A stretch of DNA of 63,982 bases, the filler included, from Bigelowiella natans CCMP2755 (lineage: Eukaryota > Protista > Cercozoa), in NCBI GenBank assembly GCA_000320545.1. It is 4 parts of 4 records of this genome, joined end to end, with 100 filler letters (N's around TTAATTAATTAA, not from the genome) between each part and the next. Parts side by side here need not be neighbours in the genome. Positions count along the whole stretch, not along the records: positions 1 to 30,843 come from ADNK01003435.1; 3 more parts are not named here. One strand, 5' to 3'. Below the pieces are notes generated by a model. It was not told where the DNA came from. It made no database searches and saw nothing but the letters and a program-made list of their open reading frames with translations. Below, piece after piece: positions 12,753 to 28,291 of the stretch. Within the stretch, counting starts at the first letter, position 1, and each line of letters starts with the position of its first letter. Made by a program: the position numbers and the translations under genes.

Positions 12753-15700
12753 CTACCCATGAGAATTTTCGCCACTTGTTTTCATGCAAGCAGGTCGTTC
12801 CCATTGAACCTTGTCCAAAACATTAAAAATTGGTCATGAATTGACAAATGCAATGTTTCGATCGAACAACTCACTTCATCAGTAATTGTGTTCCAGAAGT
12901 ACATGTCCCCTGTTGGCGACCTAACTTCCTCCCACATTTCGTCTTCATCTTCATCAAAGTCTTCTTCATGCGCGTCTTGACAGTTTTCATCATTATCTTC
13001 CTTTTCTGCTGTGTAGCTCTGCACATTCTCATCATCGAGCACCTTGTTTTTTTCATTGGAAAGATTAAGGTACTTACTAACAAGGTCTTCTTCAACAGTA
13101 GTTTCTTTTTTGTCGCATGTCTTCTGTAATGTGACTTTTTGACTCACATTTCCCAACTCCTGCTTTTGGAACTGCTGAGATGTTGCTTTGTGAATTGGTT
13201 CTATCATTTCATGCTTAGCATTTCTTGTTTTTGCCACCCCCCCCCTTATTACGGCCGCAAGTCTGGCTGCTGCATCATTCTTTTCTGCCGTCTGCTTTTG
13301 ATTTCCAGAATTTGTGTGAATTCTTTCCCCATTCGAATCTGTGTAACGAAGATTTTTTTTAATGTGCTGTCGATGGTGCACATCTAAAGGCTCCACTAGT
13401 CCAGCGGACAAAAGCGCCGAATTCAGAGCCTTTCGTTCTCTCGACGAAACTTTTTTCCTTGCCATGTTGGGCATGCCCGTATCTGCTGTCTTTGTCTGCC
13501 CATCTCTCTTCGCCATGGATTCGTCAACCGTTCTCCCCCTCAACGGTGATGATGGACGTAAGCTACCTCGTTTTTGTAAGAAAGGTGGAGATGAGTTTCT
13601 TCCAGCGATATGTGCTGCGATTTTCCTCTCGTTAGTCCCTTTTCCTTTGTTAGTTTGGGTCTGGATTTTTATCTTGACGCTGCTGCTCTTTGATCTCAAG
13701 AATCCTTTGTCCTCTGATGATGGCAACTTTTCGGATCCATTGAATCCCAGAATCTTTGCAGCCTATTTGAAATGGATATATGATAGTGTATCGTTTCGAT
13801 TAGTCTTATGAGACCTTAGAAGATATTGAAGGTTTTTCGAGAGCATCCTTATTTTTCTGCTGAATCTTTTTATCATATAATTCCCCAAATGATATTTGTA
13901 CTTCGCGCCCTTGTATATGCGCCTGACTGCTTCTGATAGGAGTTGACTTAATATCCTCCTTCGAATTTAACTGATGTGCTGACGACCATCCTTCCTGCTG
14001 TGTAATTTCGTGTTGAATTTCCATCGGAATGCCTTTTCCGATCCATTGGAAGCAACGATTTGTGTCCACAAGCGATTTATGATCAACCCAACCCCTCTCG
14101 GCGATCTGCATGATTGAGGTAAAGAATCATAGAATTCACAACTTCTGTAATTACTGTTTTACCTCACGTAGGAACCCTCGACTATTGAGAAGACCAGATG
14201 GGGACTAAAGCAAAATTAAAGTAGTTGCAAATTAATTTAAAATTATAACTGAGTCCGATAATACTTAACTCCATGCTTTCCAAGTGGCTCCCACAATTCA
14301 ATTCGTCCCATCTTTGCCACATTATTTTCAGTGAGGGTGGTGGTGGCTCGAGCTGACCAGACATACGATGCAACGACATCTCTTGCAGCTTCATCACCTA
14401 AGTAATAATTTAAGTTCATAGGCCCTCAAAGGGGATGGTGTATCGATCACCTGCTTTCATAACCTCTTCTATCAGAGGTTTCAATGCTGATATTAACGCA
14501 GTCAGATGTAGTGACTTTATTCCTACAATTAGTGTGAATAAATAATAGCAATGATTTCTCTTATTTCTGATAGAGACTAATCTTTTTCTTCCTTCTGTTA
14601 CCAAGATGGGTTGGGGACTCCTTGAGGATCATTGATGTAAATCTGAGTACTCCCTCTTTGACCACAGCATGCGGGGACTTAAAATGCAGAGAACTCAGCA
14701 CACAACCCAAAATATGGCTGAAGTAAGGACCTAAAAACATGACTGTTAACATGACAGAAACCAACGCTCAAAATACTACACCGTTAGATCCTCTTGCTTT
14801 CTTCACCATGCGCAGAAGCTATAGCAATTGTCAATAACGTGGAGACCGAAGAACAAAATTCAAAACTCATCTTTTCATCAGAAACCATGTAATGAATATT
14901 GATTATTCCACCTGAACTGCTGCTGTGGACATCAAGCGCAACATGGACGAATAATTTGATCTCAATACAGTGCAAAGGTTCACTAATTCTACATCCTTAG
15001 ACCCTGATACCAATTTATATATATCTTCTTGAGTATTTGTAAACTTATGAATTCTAGTAACCCACCTAACTCTTCGTGTAGAATTTCGATCGAGCTTGCC
15101 TACAGATTACATTATTTTTAAAGACTAAATGAAATACCACTACAGCTTGCATACCAGGGATTCACAAAGTGATTCTGGAGCCACCTCTACTTGAAAGCAT
15201 TCAGATGACAAAAGCTCAGCTGACTGAGTTAGCCTCTGATCTGTGGGACTAAAATGGATTCGAGTATAAAAATGACATCCAAAAACATTTTAAATTTATC
15301 ATAGTGAGGCAAATTACCTTCTCGCATCATATAGACAATAGATCCACGGTAACATCAATCCCATTATGCAAACGATTTTCTCTTTTGTAATTGTTTTTTT
15401 GAGATCCATTTGTATGCCGCCCTTAAAGTCAACGGGATTTAAGGTATTGCTAGTATTTACATCACTTAACAACAAAATTAAAGGAAGCGTCAAGAGAGCA
15501 TTTGGAGCCGAATTGGAACGACACAAGGCCCTTGAAGTCATACGAATGAGCCATGCGACATGAATCGGTGTGGGAGGACGAAAAGACAGATGTTGAGGAT
15601 TTGATATCTTTTGTGAGAAACAAGTGGATCGCAGGGAGATTAAAAGACCAACAGACGCAGTCCTGAAGTGAAACATTGAAAAGAAAAACAATGAAATTGT

Positions 15701-18700
15701 TTGAATTATCATGTAATCAATTAAATTTTGCCTAAAAATTCTGGAGATTCCAGTCTCCATGAGGGAAGCCAGTCCCCAGAATGCTACATGTCTCTCAGAG
15801 ATTTCTTCACATCTGTTGAATCCCTCTATGCCTTCATCAACTTCTCCACCAATGTAATTTCCACCCCCCCTCCATACTCGAGCAACCAAAACTTGTGCTA
15901 ACGAATGCATGAAATTTACTTGGACTGCTGGAAGCCGAGGGATTACCTGATGATTGTTTATTCCTAAAAAAATCGTTTTTTCAAAACATGTAACAATGTC
16001 AACCAGAGTCTTCTCAGAACTCGTTTTCCTGGCGGCGATATGGATGCTAACCTCTCGTGGTTTAGGGATTATTTCAGACAACACCGCAGAGATTCTGAAA
16101 GAACCATGGTGTTATTTACAACTTCATGGGGTTTTTTTTAATTCTTACCTCCTCGACAAGTCTAATTTGCAGGCAAATGACGGTGAGAGAATCTGAAACT
16201 CATACTCTTATAAATTCTTTTACATTCGATGAGGATAGTTGCTTCATTCTCGTGAGATAAAACGAATAGCAATAATCCAAGAATATATAAATAATATTTA
16301 CCGCGAGTAAGTCTCGAAGCTGACGTGCGGATGCAGCGGATGACGGCGAAGCGATTTTCTGAACAAGAGTCAAACGGTTATCAAGTATTATTCTTCAAAT
16401 GAGCTAGATTCGACACCAATTTTGAGTCTGGACCATTAACAATTCTCTCAGTATGCTTCAACGCCTACGAAATAAATATTAATTTAGTAAAAAATGGAAT
16501 CACTACTACTGCACGCCATCTAACATTACCTCTTCCATCCATGCTTTCAACATGACGGTTCTTCTTCGTTTAATAAGTTGATGCACAATCCCTATGAAAC
16601 GAGATTGATAGAGGGGACCAGTATTATATGTATGTTTTGCGCGCGCGCACGTGTGTGTGTGTGTGTGTGTGTTTGTGTTCACTACCGCATAGTAAAGAAT
16701 CGGCTGAAATTACCCCTGAATTTCCTGTGCCACAAATTTAAGTTCTTTCAAGTTTATAAAGAATAAATTCTAGATAATATCGAGGTGATAAATTGAACAA
16801 AATAGAACCACACGTAACAATCATAACTAATTCACAAAACAAGACCTCTCTCCAAGCCGATAAATGCTGGATTTATTAGCTCTGATAATATCTCAGTCCT
16901 ATCGACGCACATGTGAGCTCTGTGTTAGTTGTTAATGCTACATTTGTGAAAGGGAAAACAATCACCCTTTGCTAATGTCATCAGTTGTTGTGCGCCCTGA
17001 AGCAATGTCAAAATTTTCTTGCAAAAGGACTCTTGAGGAAGCCTACATTGATGAGAGGAATACATTTCGAGAATATTTTTTTGGAAAGAATTCTGACACC
17101 TTCAGGTCAAAATAGCTGCTATCATTGTGTCTTGAGTTGACATCGACGCCTATCTCAGCATCTTTTCTAACCTTTTAAATATTTGTCTTCGTTCAAATTG
17201 TGTTGAATTGAAACGATTGCTTCGGTTGAATAAATTAATTACCTCTTCAACCAAAATCAAGCTCATACCACGACGCCATGCGGCATCTGCATCTGTGACA
17301 ATTGTTAGATATCTTAGCCCTATTCACAAGCTGGGCGCGATTGAGACAGATAATTGCTCACCAAGAGGTCGCCCTGCACGAGCTGCAATACCTCGACGAG
17401 GTAGAGGAGCTGGAGAGACGAAATCAGCTAGCCACGACCCTGTAGATATTGAGGCTACTGTTAGACATGCTTAATAAAAAAATAGCATTACCTTTTGGAT
17501 TACGCATTTCTCCGAAAGTGTTGATAATCTTGTTTTCATCTTCGAAAGATTCTGTGTCTAATACAGAAAATATATTAAATGAGCTCAAACAAAGATTTAT
17601 CGCTGATGATAACCTCTCCAATAATATCGTCGCAGATGGAGACCATGGGGTATTATAAAATCTCCCAGTGAATCGGTGTTTTTATGACGCATTTTTGATA
17701 GTCTTTGAAGTAGATATTTCAATAGAGACGGTGACAGACATGGAGAGCCTAGTTGTAAAAATATGAAATAAAATTTGAATACGATATTTTAATGCATAAC
17801 CTTATATTCGTTTTTACCTTCAAGATGATGGAAGCATGAGAAGAAGAGTTTTCCCAAATTCCTTTCATTTTCCTCATGGTTTTTCTCATTTTCTATGACT
17901 TTTTCTACCCTCAACAACTGGGATAACAAGCCAGCAGCAGCACCTAATATTTGATGGAGTATATCAGAAACGGGGATCATTGTTCCTTAAGACACATGAC
18001 CCCAGATATAACGCTCGCCTTCTTGTCTCATATGAAACGTATTTTCAAAATCGTTTTCATTTCCCCCTCTTGTAGCCTTTGACTTCCACCAAACCTCAGC
18101 TAGAAAATTAGATTGACACTGATAGATGATAGTCAATATTGGTACGTACCTTATATTGACAACAAATTTTCTGTTACCAGAGTCCATGTAAGAAAACTCT
18201 TCATAGATACTGTATAGACTCTCCCGCCTCTTGAAGCAGCCATAGCAACCATGCCTGAGTAGAACAAATCAATATTTTTGATTGGTATTTATACTAGTAT
18301 TAAAATTACGGCAAATTGAGAGTGCCGGGGAGGAGTGAATTTGCAAATGCGACGATAAGGACGCCACCCTTATAAAATCAGCCTGAGTGAAAGATGACGT
18401 TTCTAAGTGATGTGAAATCAGAAATGATTTATAGAAAATAAAAGTGTTGCACGTTAGCATACTTGGAAAATTCCGGAATAGGATATTCCTGGGGCTCCTG
18501 ATAACAGCCTCAAACATAATACGATCGCAGGTAAGACAACTGCAATCAAATTGTTTCTTTCCCTCAGCCGCTTCTCAGACATTGCAGTACTATCATGTCT
18601 CTTTCTTTCAGATTTCCTTTTTGTCGCAGTAGCTTCTAGCCCCGTCGTATTCGTCGTTTGAATGTCCATAGGATCAGTCAAATCAGGAAAATTGAACAAT

Positions 18701-21700
18701 GTGGAATACCAGAGCTATATATCAAGATAGGTAGACATTTGTACAATACGACAAATGTGGTATGCTAATGAAATGCGAGAAATCTTTACCTCAGCTAGAG
18801 CATCCTCAACCACCTTAATTAATATGTGGGAAGACATTTCAAATTTAGTTTTAAATGCTGAGTTTTTGGGTTGAAACCAAAATTGAAATAGAAATAAAAC
18901 AAATGTTGAAATACCTGATCAGTCCCATTAACACTATTCCCAAGAACGACACTAAGGCCTACGAATATAGTGAAATATTAAATAATGAACTTCTTTTCTG
19001 AAGAATTACTAAATGATTGTTTCATTCGATAAATGACCTATCAAAGTTGCAAGATAATGATTTGGCTTCTCATTCACCAAGGTTTTAAAGACCTTGTCCA
19101 TTGAATCACGATCACTACTGTCTCCTGTTCTATTTGTGGATGTTGGATATGCCTGCAAAAATGGCCTCGCAACTCGTAGCATCCTGCATGTAGAAAATAT
19201 GTAATTGTGAACAGCACTTGATTTCCTTATTTTGTACTGTACCATGAAAGAGCATCGGATGTTGTAGTCCATTCACCTGCCTAATTTGACATGTAGTACA
19301 CACACGCGAGTATAATTATAGCACTTACAAAATTGTTTTACGCAAGTATGAAATTAAGATTGAATTGTTTTTTTGAGATTTTTATAGTCTATTTGTTTGT
19401 CAGTAAATTGTCTTAAAGTGTCACAAATTGACACGTGGTAGGAAACGAAAGACATTCTGCTAATATGTACTTCTGTTGCAGTGAGCGGGAGTATAAGATG
19501 CGGAAATGGTGCAACAGTTCGGTCTCCTCGGTAAAAAGTGTCAATATTTCCAGCTGGATACTGATGTCTTTCTCTGTTGTGAGTTGTTTCACAAGCTATG
19601 TCTATAACTTTTCGAACTGAGAGGAGTCGTTGAATGAGGCAGCGACGAATTCGTTCTTTGTCAACCTGTAAGATATAGGGTTTTCTAGAAATGTACAAAT
19701 TATGCATCTAAGGACGGGTACGGTACTTCATCTATCGAGCGAAAGATCTTCTCCATCAGCGTGCAAGACCGTCTCCGTCTCTCAGCTGGTCCTGGAGCCA
19801 GAGCATCACTATATACCATTAAATTTGTCAAGGTACAAACTGAGCTTTATTGCTCAACTAGTCAAAATATTGCGTCGCATGTGCATGACTCACTCTTTTA
19901 ATAGGACATATTCTTGCACTCTGAAAGGCCATATAGATCCAGATAGCTGTATGGACTTCCCAAATTTAATAAAAGTTTTATCTTGTAAATAATTCGTACC
20001 TTGCAAAAAGAAGGACCTAAAGCGCATAATATTCGTACTCCCATGTCGGAAATCTAATGCAGACAGAAAATGCTGTTTTTACATCTTCTCATCATTTTAA
20101 TATGACTGTTTATCACCACTCGAACTAAATGGATTATTCTCTATGCTTTGATGAGGACCTTCAATATGGGGTGCCCAGCATAAGTCATGCCTACAATCAG
20201 CAGCTCCACAGCATTTTCTTTACTGATGGCTGCCTCGTTGGAAGTAGTCCCTAATTTCATCTCACTACAAAATTCTATGCTTTGATTGAACACTCCCCTT
20301 TGAGCTGTAAGCGATGTGATTGAGCGTGTATGCTGTGAGGAGTCTCGAGCTCCTATTATGCGAATAACAATTTCTAATTTTATTGATGATTCGTCTTGCG
20401 AAGGGTTTATTTTACCGGCTATTGAAATTTCTTGAAATCTTGACGCAATAGCAGCAAACGCAGTTCCACGCCCAAAAGCTCCTCCACTGCAGAGAGCAAT
20501 AGTTGGTTTTTGTGGACACATACTTCTCAAGATTCATCATCTTAAGCGCACTTACCGGGGGATAGGCGAATATACTTCGTTAAGTATAACGTCAAAAACT
20601 ACCTAAATGATACAATTAAGATTTCTTGGAATTTCAGATATAAAATCAATGATGGTCGTATCAGCCACCGTCCAGTGATGCATAAGTAAAGCACAAAGGG
20701 CCCCGTAAGCCTCTCTTGGATGACACGATATTTTTGGAGTATTGAGAGGCTAAGTACATATTTTAGTGTCAGGGTTAAAATGCTGACAGTTGTAACGTAT
20801 CACCTTATTTTGCATTCGCAATTTTGATTTTCGAAACGAGTATCCGATGCTGCTACCCAGAGCAAACATAGATGGGGACTCTATGCCATTTGAACCAGGC
20901 CTTAAATTTACAAAAAATAGTTGTCAATATATATCTATAAATGAGGACATGTTATAGGGTGATAATACTTTACTTTGTGTTTATCGATACAACTTCTGTC
21001 GCAAGAAAGCTTCTTATCCAGCCCTGAGCACTTTTCCTGGCTTCTATATCAATGTCTTCATCATACCTGCAGAGAATTTATGAATTTATGCTGTTTGATA
21101 ATGCGTATCTATCTCACCGACGCCAAAGCTCAAGATCATCAGGATTTTCATCGTAAATATCTGCTGCTTTTTTCCCTAATTTGGCATGAAACATTATGCT
21201 ATTTGATAAAAGCGTTATCATATTACAAATTACCAACACCAAGTCCACCAACCCAGACAAGGGATCCTGTAGTAGTATTAATGAGGTTGATCAACAGTTT
21301 GAATAACGGTCATTCGCTGGCTTATATTTAATGAACTCTTTGCACAGAAATGACATTCTTCTATTTTATATGATACCAATTGCTTCGAAGCAAGCATTTC
21401 GTAGTTCCATCAAATCAACCACCCAAGCCTTGATCTGTTTTTGTATAAATTTACAAGACTAAATACTAGCAGTAACTTTATCACCTCCTCTTTCTCGTTT
21501 GAATCTGGCCTTGACTTCAACAAAAATGTTCCTTTATGTAGGTCATATACAATTAAATCAAAATATCTATCCCGTTATTGCTTTCTTAACATTAGCTTTC
21601 CACACCTATTACATTTCGTATCTTCTCAGGAGTTTTGTCTGTATTTTCTGGTATCGTAGAAATGACGCTGATTGATTTGCTGTTAGCTGAGTCGTATTGT

Positions 21701-24700
21701 ATTAACTCCAAATCAGTTATAGAACTAATGCAAAGAAGATTCAAAGTATGATCTAACCACGGCTTGATACTGGCAGTTTTCTTAGGGGAGATCCTTTGGG
21801 ATTGATATTTCCAATGTCATATCAACCAGCCCGATAGAGCATTCATTGCGTGTTGTTGAGTGACAGAATTTGTTACTCACCTGGTGTGGATTCTGCCATC
21901 GGTGTTTGAGCTGTGGCGGTAATATCCAATTTCGCTGCGGCATGAATTCCTGTGGTTCCATTTTTGTCATTATTCTGCGATTCCTCACTACCACTTCCCA
22001 TCCTTTTAAAAACTGAGGTATTGCCTAAAAGTAAACAACATAACTATATTTGCAAAACATATGCAAAATAGTTTTTACTTGCTCTAATATTGCTACGGGC
22101 TCGTGCCGGTCTTTTTCTACGACTCCATACCTTCATTTCCTGATAAAATTTGAACTTTCAGTAATCAATGAAAAAAGACGTCGGGAAAAACAGATTATAA
22201 TCAGCACCTTCAGAATCCTGTCGTTATTTACTGTAAGGGCATCACTCGTGGCCTGAGCCCATGCCAATAAAGTAGTCACTTTATCTAGTACCATGGGAAC
22301 AGGTATGACTAGATCAATATTATCGATTCTGGAACTCTTATCATCTGTCAATTAGTACAGGGTAATTACAACTACGATTACCATTTGCGTGTATTAACAT
22401 TTTGGTTCTGTTTCAAAGTGAATGTTCACCATGAAAAACACAACATATCACGGTAAATAGTTCATGAAGTGGGTTTATGTACAGAATACCTGTATGTGAT
22501 CGAGACACTGATAGAGACAAATTTCTTTTGTCAGGAAGAGATATAAAAGTGTTTCCGTTCCGTCTATCTTTTGGGATTTTTTGTAAAAGTAAAGTCGATC
22601 CAATATTTCTAATGCTTCGCGCAGCATTTCTAATAGTCACAGATCCTGGAAATACATATATGTGTAAATTGAATATATTTCTAATCTCTATTTGTCTTGT
22701 AGCACCTAATCCCCATGCTACTACTCTTTCAGTGTTTGCTCTCATTGCCTGAAATACATTAAAATCGTCCTAGAACTCATGAAAACTATTATGATAACTA
22801 CCTCCACGATTAGAGCTTCAGCAAGGCCTGAATTGCTATAGCAGTAGAACAAGATTTAATGGAGTTAAGGAATCTGATAATACGTTTTACAAGTTTATAT
22901 TTACCTAGAGCATGCATGAGCTAAACTTTTGTTGCCACTGAGAGCGTAAAATAGCATGCTGCGGGTTGCATCCGTCCTCGTTCGTAGCAGTTCCCCGTTT
23001 CGTAGTCGAACTTCTGAATCGCTTGAAGTATTTTTGATCGTGGGCAAATTTGAGAATAACACGAAAGACTCCAAAATCTATATTAAGGGACTTTTGTGAC
23101 GCATGATCAATTGAAGTATCTTTAAATTTACCCATGGAATATAGTTTGAATGTGCATTCTCAATTGCAAACAAAAGTGCTTTCATCCCTCCTTTGTGAAG
23201 ATGTCAGATAATAAGAATTACCATAAGTAGTGATATTGCTTTTGTTTATCATTCTATGATTCAAACTATGACCTTCTGGATTTAATTCAGCATTTCGGGC
23301 AATCATAGCAATTGACGCTGCATAGTCCAAAGAATCTACAAATATCTAATTTTTAGTATCTTTATTTTACATGTAATTAGGTTATAACCTTCGGACGCCA
23401 CTTCGACGTTGGGATCCGCAAAATCACATGACTTACAACATGGGATTGATGAGTAAAAATTAAAGGTTTTGAAGCTTTTGTAATTATAAATAATGTTCCA
23501 AAATGCGTACCTGAAGAAAACTCTCCGAGGTTGAAATTAGCTTCATGAGGTCTATTATGCGTGTAAAGTGAAGCTTGGAAGTCATTGGGTGTATTTGAAT
23601 GTTACTTTTTAATTGCTTTGAATTCTTTTCCATTCGAATCTGAACTTCCTTTTGTTCAGTAACCATCTTCAAAATATGTAAGTAGAAATGTACATTACAA
23701 ACTTCAGTATTAAGGATGCAAAAGATATTTCTGAACCAGTCGTTTCCAATGTTTTCTATCCCTTTTTTGTGTATTTTTCCTTCGTGCCCGTTCTTTTGTT
23801 TCTTCTTTATCAGTCCGCGTGGAAAGAGGCGTATAATTTGGGGGAGATGCGACTATTGGAGACAAGGCTAACAGAAGCGGAACGGATGCGAAACACCTTG
23901 CAGAACCTCAATTAGAAGGAGTACTTAGAAAAAATAGTGAGAGATATACCACTCTTTCTCTGAATCTGTTAAGGGTGGCTCAGGATCCTGTTGAAGGAGT
24001 CGTTTGTTCATAGCCAAACCTTTCAACAATGCTCTAACATCAGCTGTGACAAGGCAATATATATAAATATATCGTTCTATGACCTATTTTCAGTGCGAGA
24101 GCACCTACTTGTTGCCGTTTCGATGCAAATGAACATTTTCGCGAAGACTGACTCTCAAATGCATTGGCGAGATTTTTGCCAAATTGGGGCATATATAGAC
24201 TTTGAGCGATGCTGACTAATGAGCTCATCCATGGAACCTACCAAGACAGCAGATATCTTCATACTTATTACGAAGTTTTCGTTGACAATTGCTCACCCGT
24301 GGCATGGAACTGATATTTATTGAAGCTGCAGAATCAGAAGGCAGGTAGAAACGAGAGAAATGACGATGGTATGAGTCGGTAGCAGAAGCGGCCAGAACCT
24401 GAATATTGTGCAAATAGTAGGAGTCATTAGAGGTATTCTTATCGTTTTAGAGTGATTAGATTTTTCTCAAGTTGAGAATAGAATTAACTGATTCTCCGTT
24501 TACACCCTCAATAAGACTGAATGCTAAACCTAAAATAAATCCTTTCTAATGATACAATCTTTTGTTATACATATTTCAGAGACTCGAAGGCACTGATTAA
24601 CTTACTCCTTGACACTACTCGAGCTTCAACTTCTTCATTGGGTGACTGTGTCCATCCGGACCATGAGTTTATCAATTTTGTCTCCACCTTTTCATATATT

Positions 24701-27700
24701 TTAGAAAATCACCCTTAAGGGACAAAGATGCGACGTGCTAAAAATATTAATTAAGAGACTGATACTCCCGTCCATCCCCTGCTATACTTCTTTTACTTCC
24801 CTTTCTTAAGATTTTATTCTCGATAATATCATAGCTCTCTCAGTTTTTGCTACTAATCACCCTCGACCTCTGTCGCTTCTTTGGTCAAAGATAGAGCTGC
24901 TTTCTAAGCATGAGATTCAAATGGTTTGGCAATTATGTGAGTGGAAGATTGGCATCATATTATTCCTATGTCGAATTAGATTCAGGCTTTTGTGACATAT
25001 GTGTACTTCCATTCTGGAGAGATAGATAGATAAAGAGGGACAAGAAGGAAAAGGGGGGGGGGGGGGGGTTGAGAGGTAAACGCGAGTACCCTAGTCATTA
25101 CAGAAGGGTGAGATAGCAAGCAAAGAGATACTGCATGGATGACAGGCAGGACTGAACGACGAGCATGCTTCAGCCACCCTGAATACATTAGTCAATAGAT
25201 CGCAGGAATCAATCTGGCCGATTTCAGCCACATCGAGTGTATACTGACGATAGAGGGGAAAGATTTTGTTGCATAAACAGTCCCAGGAGCTTGAGGTCCA
25301 GATGTTCCTCCTTCTGCACCTGCAGCCTCAACGCAAGCTCCACCCCATTCCACGACGGCAATCCTAATATTATTCAAGAGGATAGCGGTTCCGCCACTGT
25401 CACCTATCAAACACATATATTGGAACTTATAGGATCTTTAATGTACAATAAGCATTACGTCCAGCTGTGGCGATAATTCTCTTCACAATCGAAAATATTA
25501 AGGATGGAAACCCCTATATAAAAAAAGAAGTTACTTAGTATGCGAGATATCATTTTAAACAACAATTGTATAGAAGTTACCTCAGGCTGGTATACACACA
25601 CTCTTCTTACATACCTTGAAACCATACCCTTTGTGGCCTTTTTCATTGATGGGTGCAATAATTTTCCAAGACTCTGAGCAGGAGTTACTGGACGGACAAA
25701 TATTAGCACTGATAGTGCAGCTCCAAGTGAGTCCTCAGCAATCATTGCCGCGTCTATTCTCTTATGATCTTGGCTTTTCTTAATCTCCGCGTCCACATCT
25801 ACAGTTTGCACTCTCTCTGGGAAAGCGGAGCTGAGGGCCTTGAGTTCTGCTTGCATAAAATAATTTTCTACCTTCTGAGAGTCATCCCCAATTCCATTCA
25901 TATTTTTTGTTGATGGGCAGTTGAGAAGAGAAACTCTTGTAGGAAGGAGAATGATCGGTTCTCGTGAATTAATGTCATCCACTCCTCGCTTCCGTACACG
26001 AGATACGAGCCCTGCACGACGCCATCGACGAGGGGATGGTAAGAATTTTGAAGAGCTTGCCGGTTGTATTTCACCATTGTCTTTGTTCTCTTCCCTAATA
26101 GTGGATTCGTATGTACTATCATTCGATTTCTGCAATGGCCTACGCGAGCTGCAAACCGAAATACACGAATCTATAATCCTATTCACATCTCCTTCGAGTT
26201 GGTTCATAAAGTTTTGTAGCCGTCTCCTCCATTGCATCTCAGAGTCTTCGTCTTGAGCCAATCTTGCTCTCTCACTAGCTTCCGTTTGAAAGTTTGGATC
26301 TAGGATTTGTAAAACTATGCGCAACGCCACTCCAGCGCATAGAAGGTCGTCCACTTTCGTACCGCCCCGTAGAAGAGGTCGAATACATTCACCAAATACC
26401 ATCGTAAGGGAATGAACAGCAAGCTGTGCTCCGATAGCTATTAGTGTTGGAAATGTGGCTCGGGGAAGCTTTGTTATCGTTTTCTTTCTAAACATAGTCC
26501 TACATATTGACTGAAGCTGAGTTGTCACCAAAATTGAAGAATGAAGACCTGGGCGACATACTCTACTCCATTGCCCAGTGTTGTCCACACAATTTTCTCC
26601 CTCAGCAGTTTTACTCTCTAATTGATCCCATACCGCTCCCTTGCGATGCCAACTATGAATGAGTGTAAATGTTCCTCCACATCCCCTCCCCCCTCTTCCT
26701 TGAAGAGAGGGACCTCTTAAGACTTTCAGTAATAAAGGAACTAAATTGTACGCTTTTCGTTGGATCCCCATGTTATAGAGAACCCTCTTTTGTACAAAAT
26801 TTGAGAAGTTATTGCGGAAGAAATCAAAGGGGGCACAGGATAAGATGGAGCACATTGTTCGGAGTGCGCCAGCTTTGACTTTCAAATCATTTGCCCTTGA
26901 AATGTTTGTGGCCCAGGCGTATATAGGTTGCACTTTTGACGAGAAAAGACGACGAAGAGCCGAATTTGATGCATCAAAGCGCCCTCCTGCAGCCCCGGCT
27001 GCAGGTCCAACATCCGCAAAATTTACTTGAGAGAGAAAGTACTCTAGTCCCTCAAGAAGTCCTAACAACAACAACAATACAGATTTATTCAAATTTTGAT
27101 GATAACACATTAATCTTGGACTGTACCATATAATCTGGATAATTGCTCTGGATCCTTTGGTAGTTTTGAGGTTGTATATTGCGATACCATATTTAAAAGA
27201 TTTCGCATCTCAGTTAATTTTGCATCCCCAGATATATCTTGAGGTAACACAACGTAGGAGAGAGCAAAAAAGATACTATCCATTCCTGCGGGCCACTGAG
27301 CAGTCATTTTTGTTCTTTTTGATCGGCTATCGACCGGGTATTGTTGAATAGCTTTTGAAACTGTAGTAATGAAACAATTTACATCTACTCGAGATAAAGC
27401 TCCAAGAGCCTGTCCTGCTGCTAGTACAACTCGCTGTGATGATGTAGATTCAGTTCTATGGTACCATGCGTATCGGAGAATAGCAAGGGGCCACTCCGAT
27501 AACCCGTTCCATATTTCTGTTCCTTCTTCGTTTGAAAATTCCTCAATATAGTCTGACTCTCGTTCGACATCTACGAACGCCTCCGCTGTCACCCGTATCA
27601 TGACAACGCTAATATAGAAACACACGTACAAAAGCTCCTTTGAAGAAAGCAAACTTAGTTCCGCTCCCGGAGTTCCAAACATTGAACTGTACACCCTAAC

Positions 27701-28192
27701 TCCTAGCGAAGACGGAGGAACTTCTATGGAAATTTCAGCTGGCCCTCGTTGCATTATCACCCACTCTTTTATAGCTTGTACAATTCTGGGAAGTATTGTG
27801 GTATCGGTGTGGATAACTGTGGCAACCATTTTAGTCGTGTAATTCAGCAACTCATTGGATCCAATGCTGCGAACTGATTCAAATGTAAATTTATTCCAAG
27901 ATTTTTCTCAGGTGGTTGTCAGAGTGTATATTGCGTCATTGAACTATTCAAACTTCAAACACAAGACTCCAAAAGTTAAGACACACAAAATGGAAATGAG
28001 AAAATTATTGCAAACACTTTATTGATCTATGTGAATTCATTGCACAATGTTTTTCACATGCATTCGGATACCTAGTTCTTTTTCTTCCTTAAACCTTTTG
28101 AGAATCAGTGGGAGACGCTCTTGAAGTGTACGAAATATAACGTTGACACCTTCATCGCTATCAATGCTCCGCACGAATGCGTGTTTCTCCAT
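12753..28192 (-). CDS. Very large multi-exon Furry/Tao3/MOR2-PAG1-like HEAT/ARM scaffold with a C-terminal WW domain
   Basis: Exons 27110-27850 and 25455-27110 resemble the Furry N-terminal domain (ALGALSR; ALRTMCSILSCAPFDFFRNNFSNFVQK; QLQSICRTMFRK...AQLAVHSL...VALRIVLQILD). HVAFWGLASLMET and LMLPWIY resemble the C-terminal domain. The last exons give WEEVRSPTGDMYFWNTITDE|VQWERP (WW). Many short minus-strand exons lie between. Putative first exon MEKHAFVRSIDSDEG starts at 28192. Confidence 0.65.
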
Positions 28193-28291
28193 CAGTATGT
28201 TGGTCACTCGATTTTTATTTTACGTTGGGGTGCATGATTGTTAGCTAGCTATTTAGTTAGTGCTGCATGAAAAAATTTAGTAGCAGCAAGC

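Noticed and set aside
27063-27127. Apparent frameshift between ORFs 27110-27850 and 25455-27110
   Set aside because: Explained by a short GT-AG intron (GTACAG...TTGTTAG) joining RLY-G-LLEGLEY.
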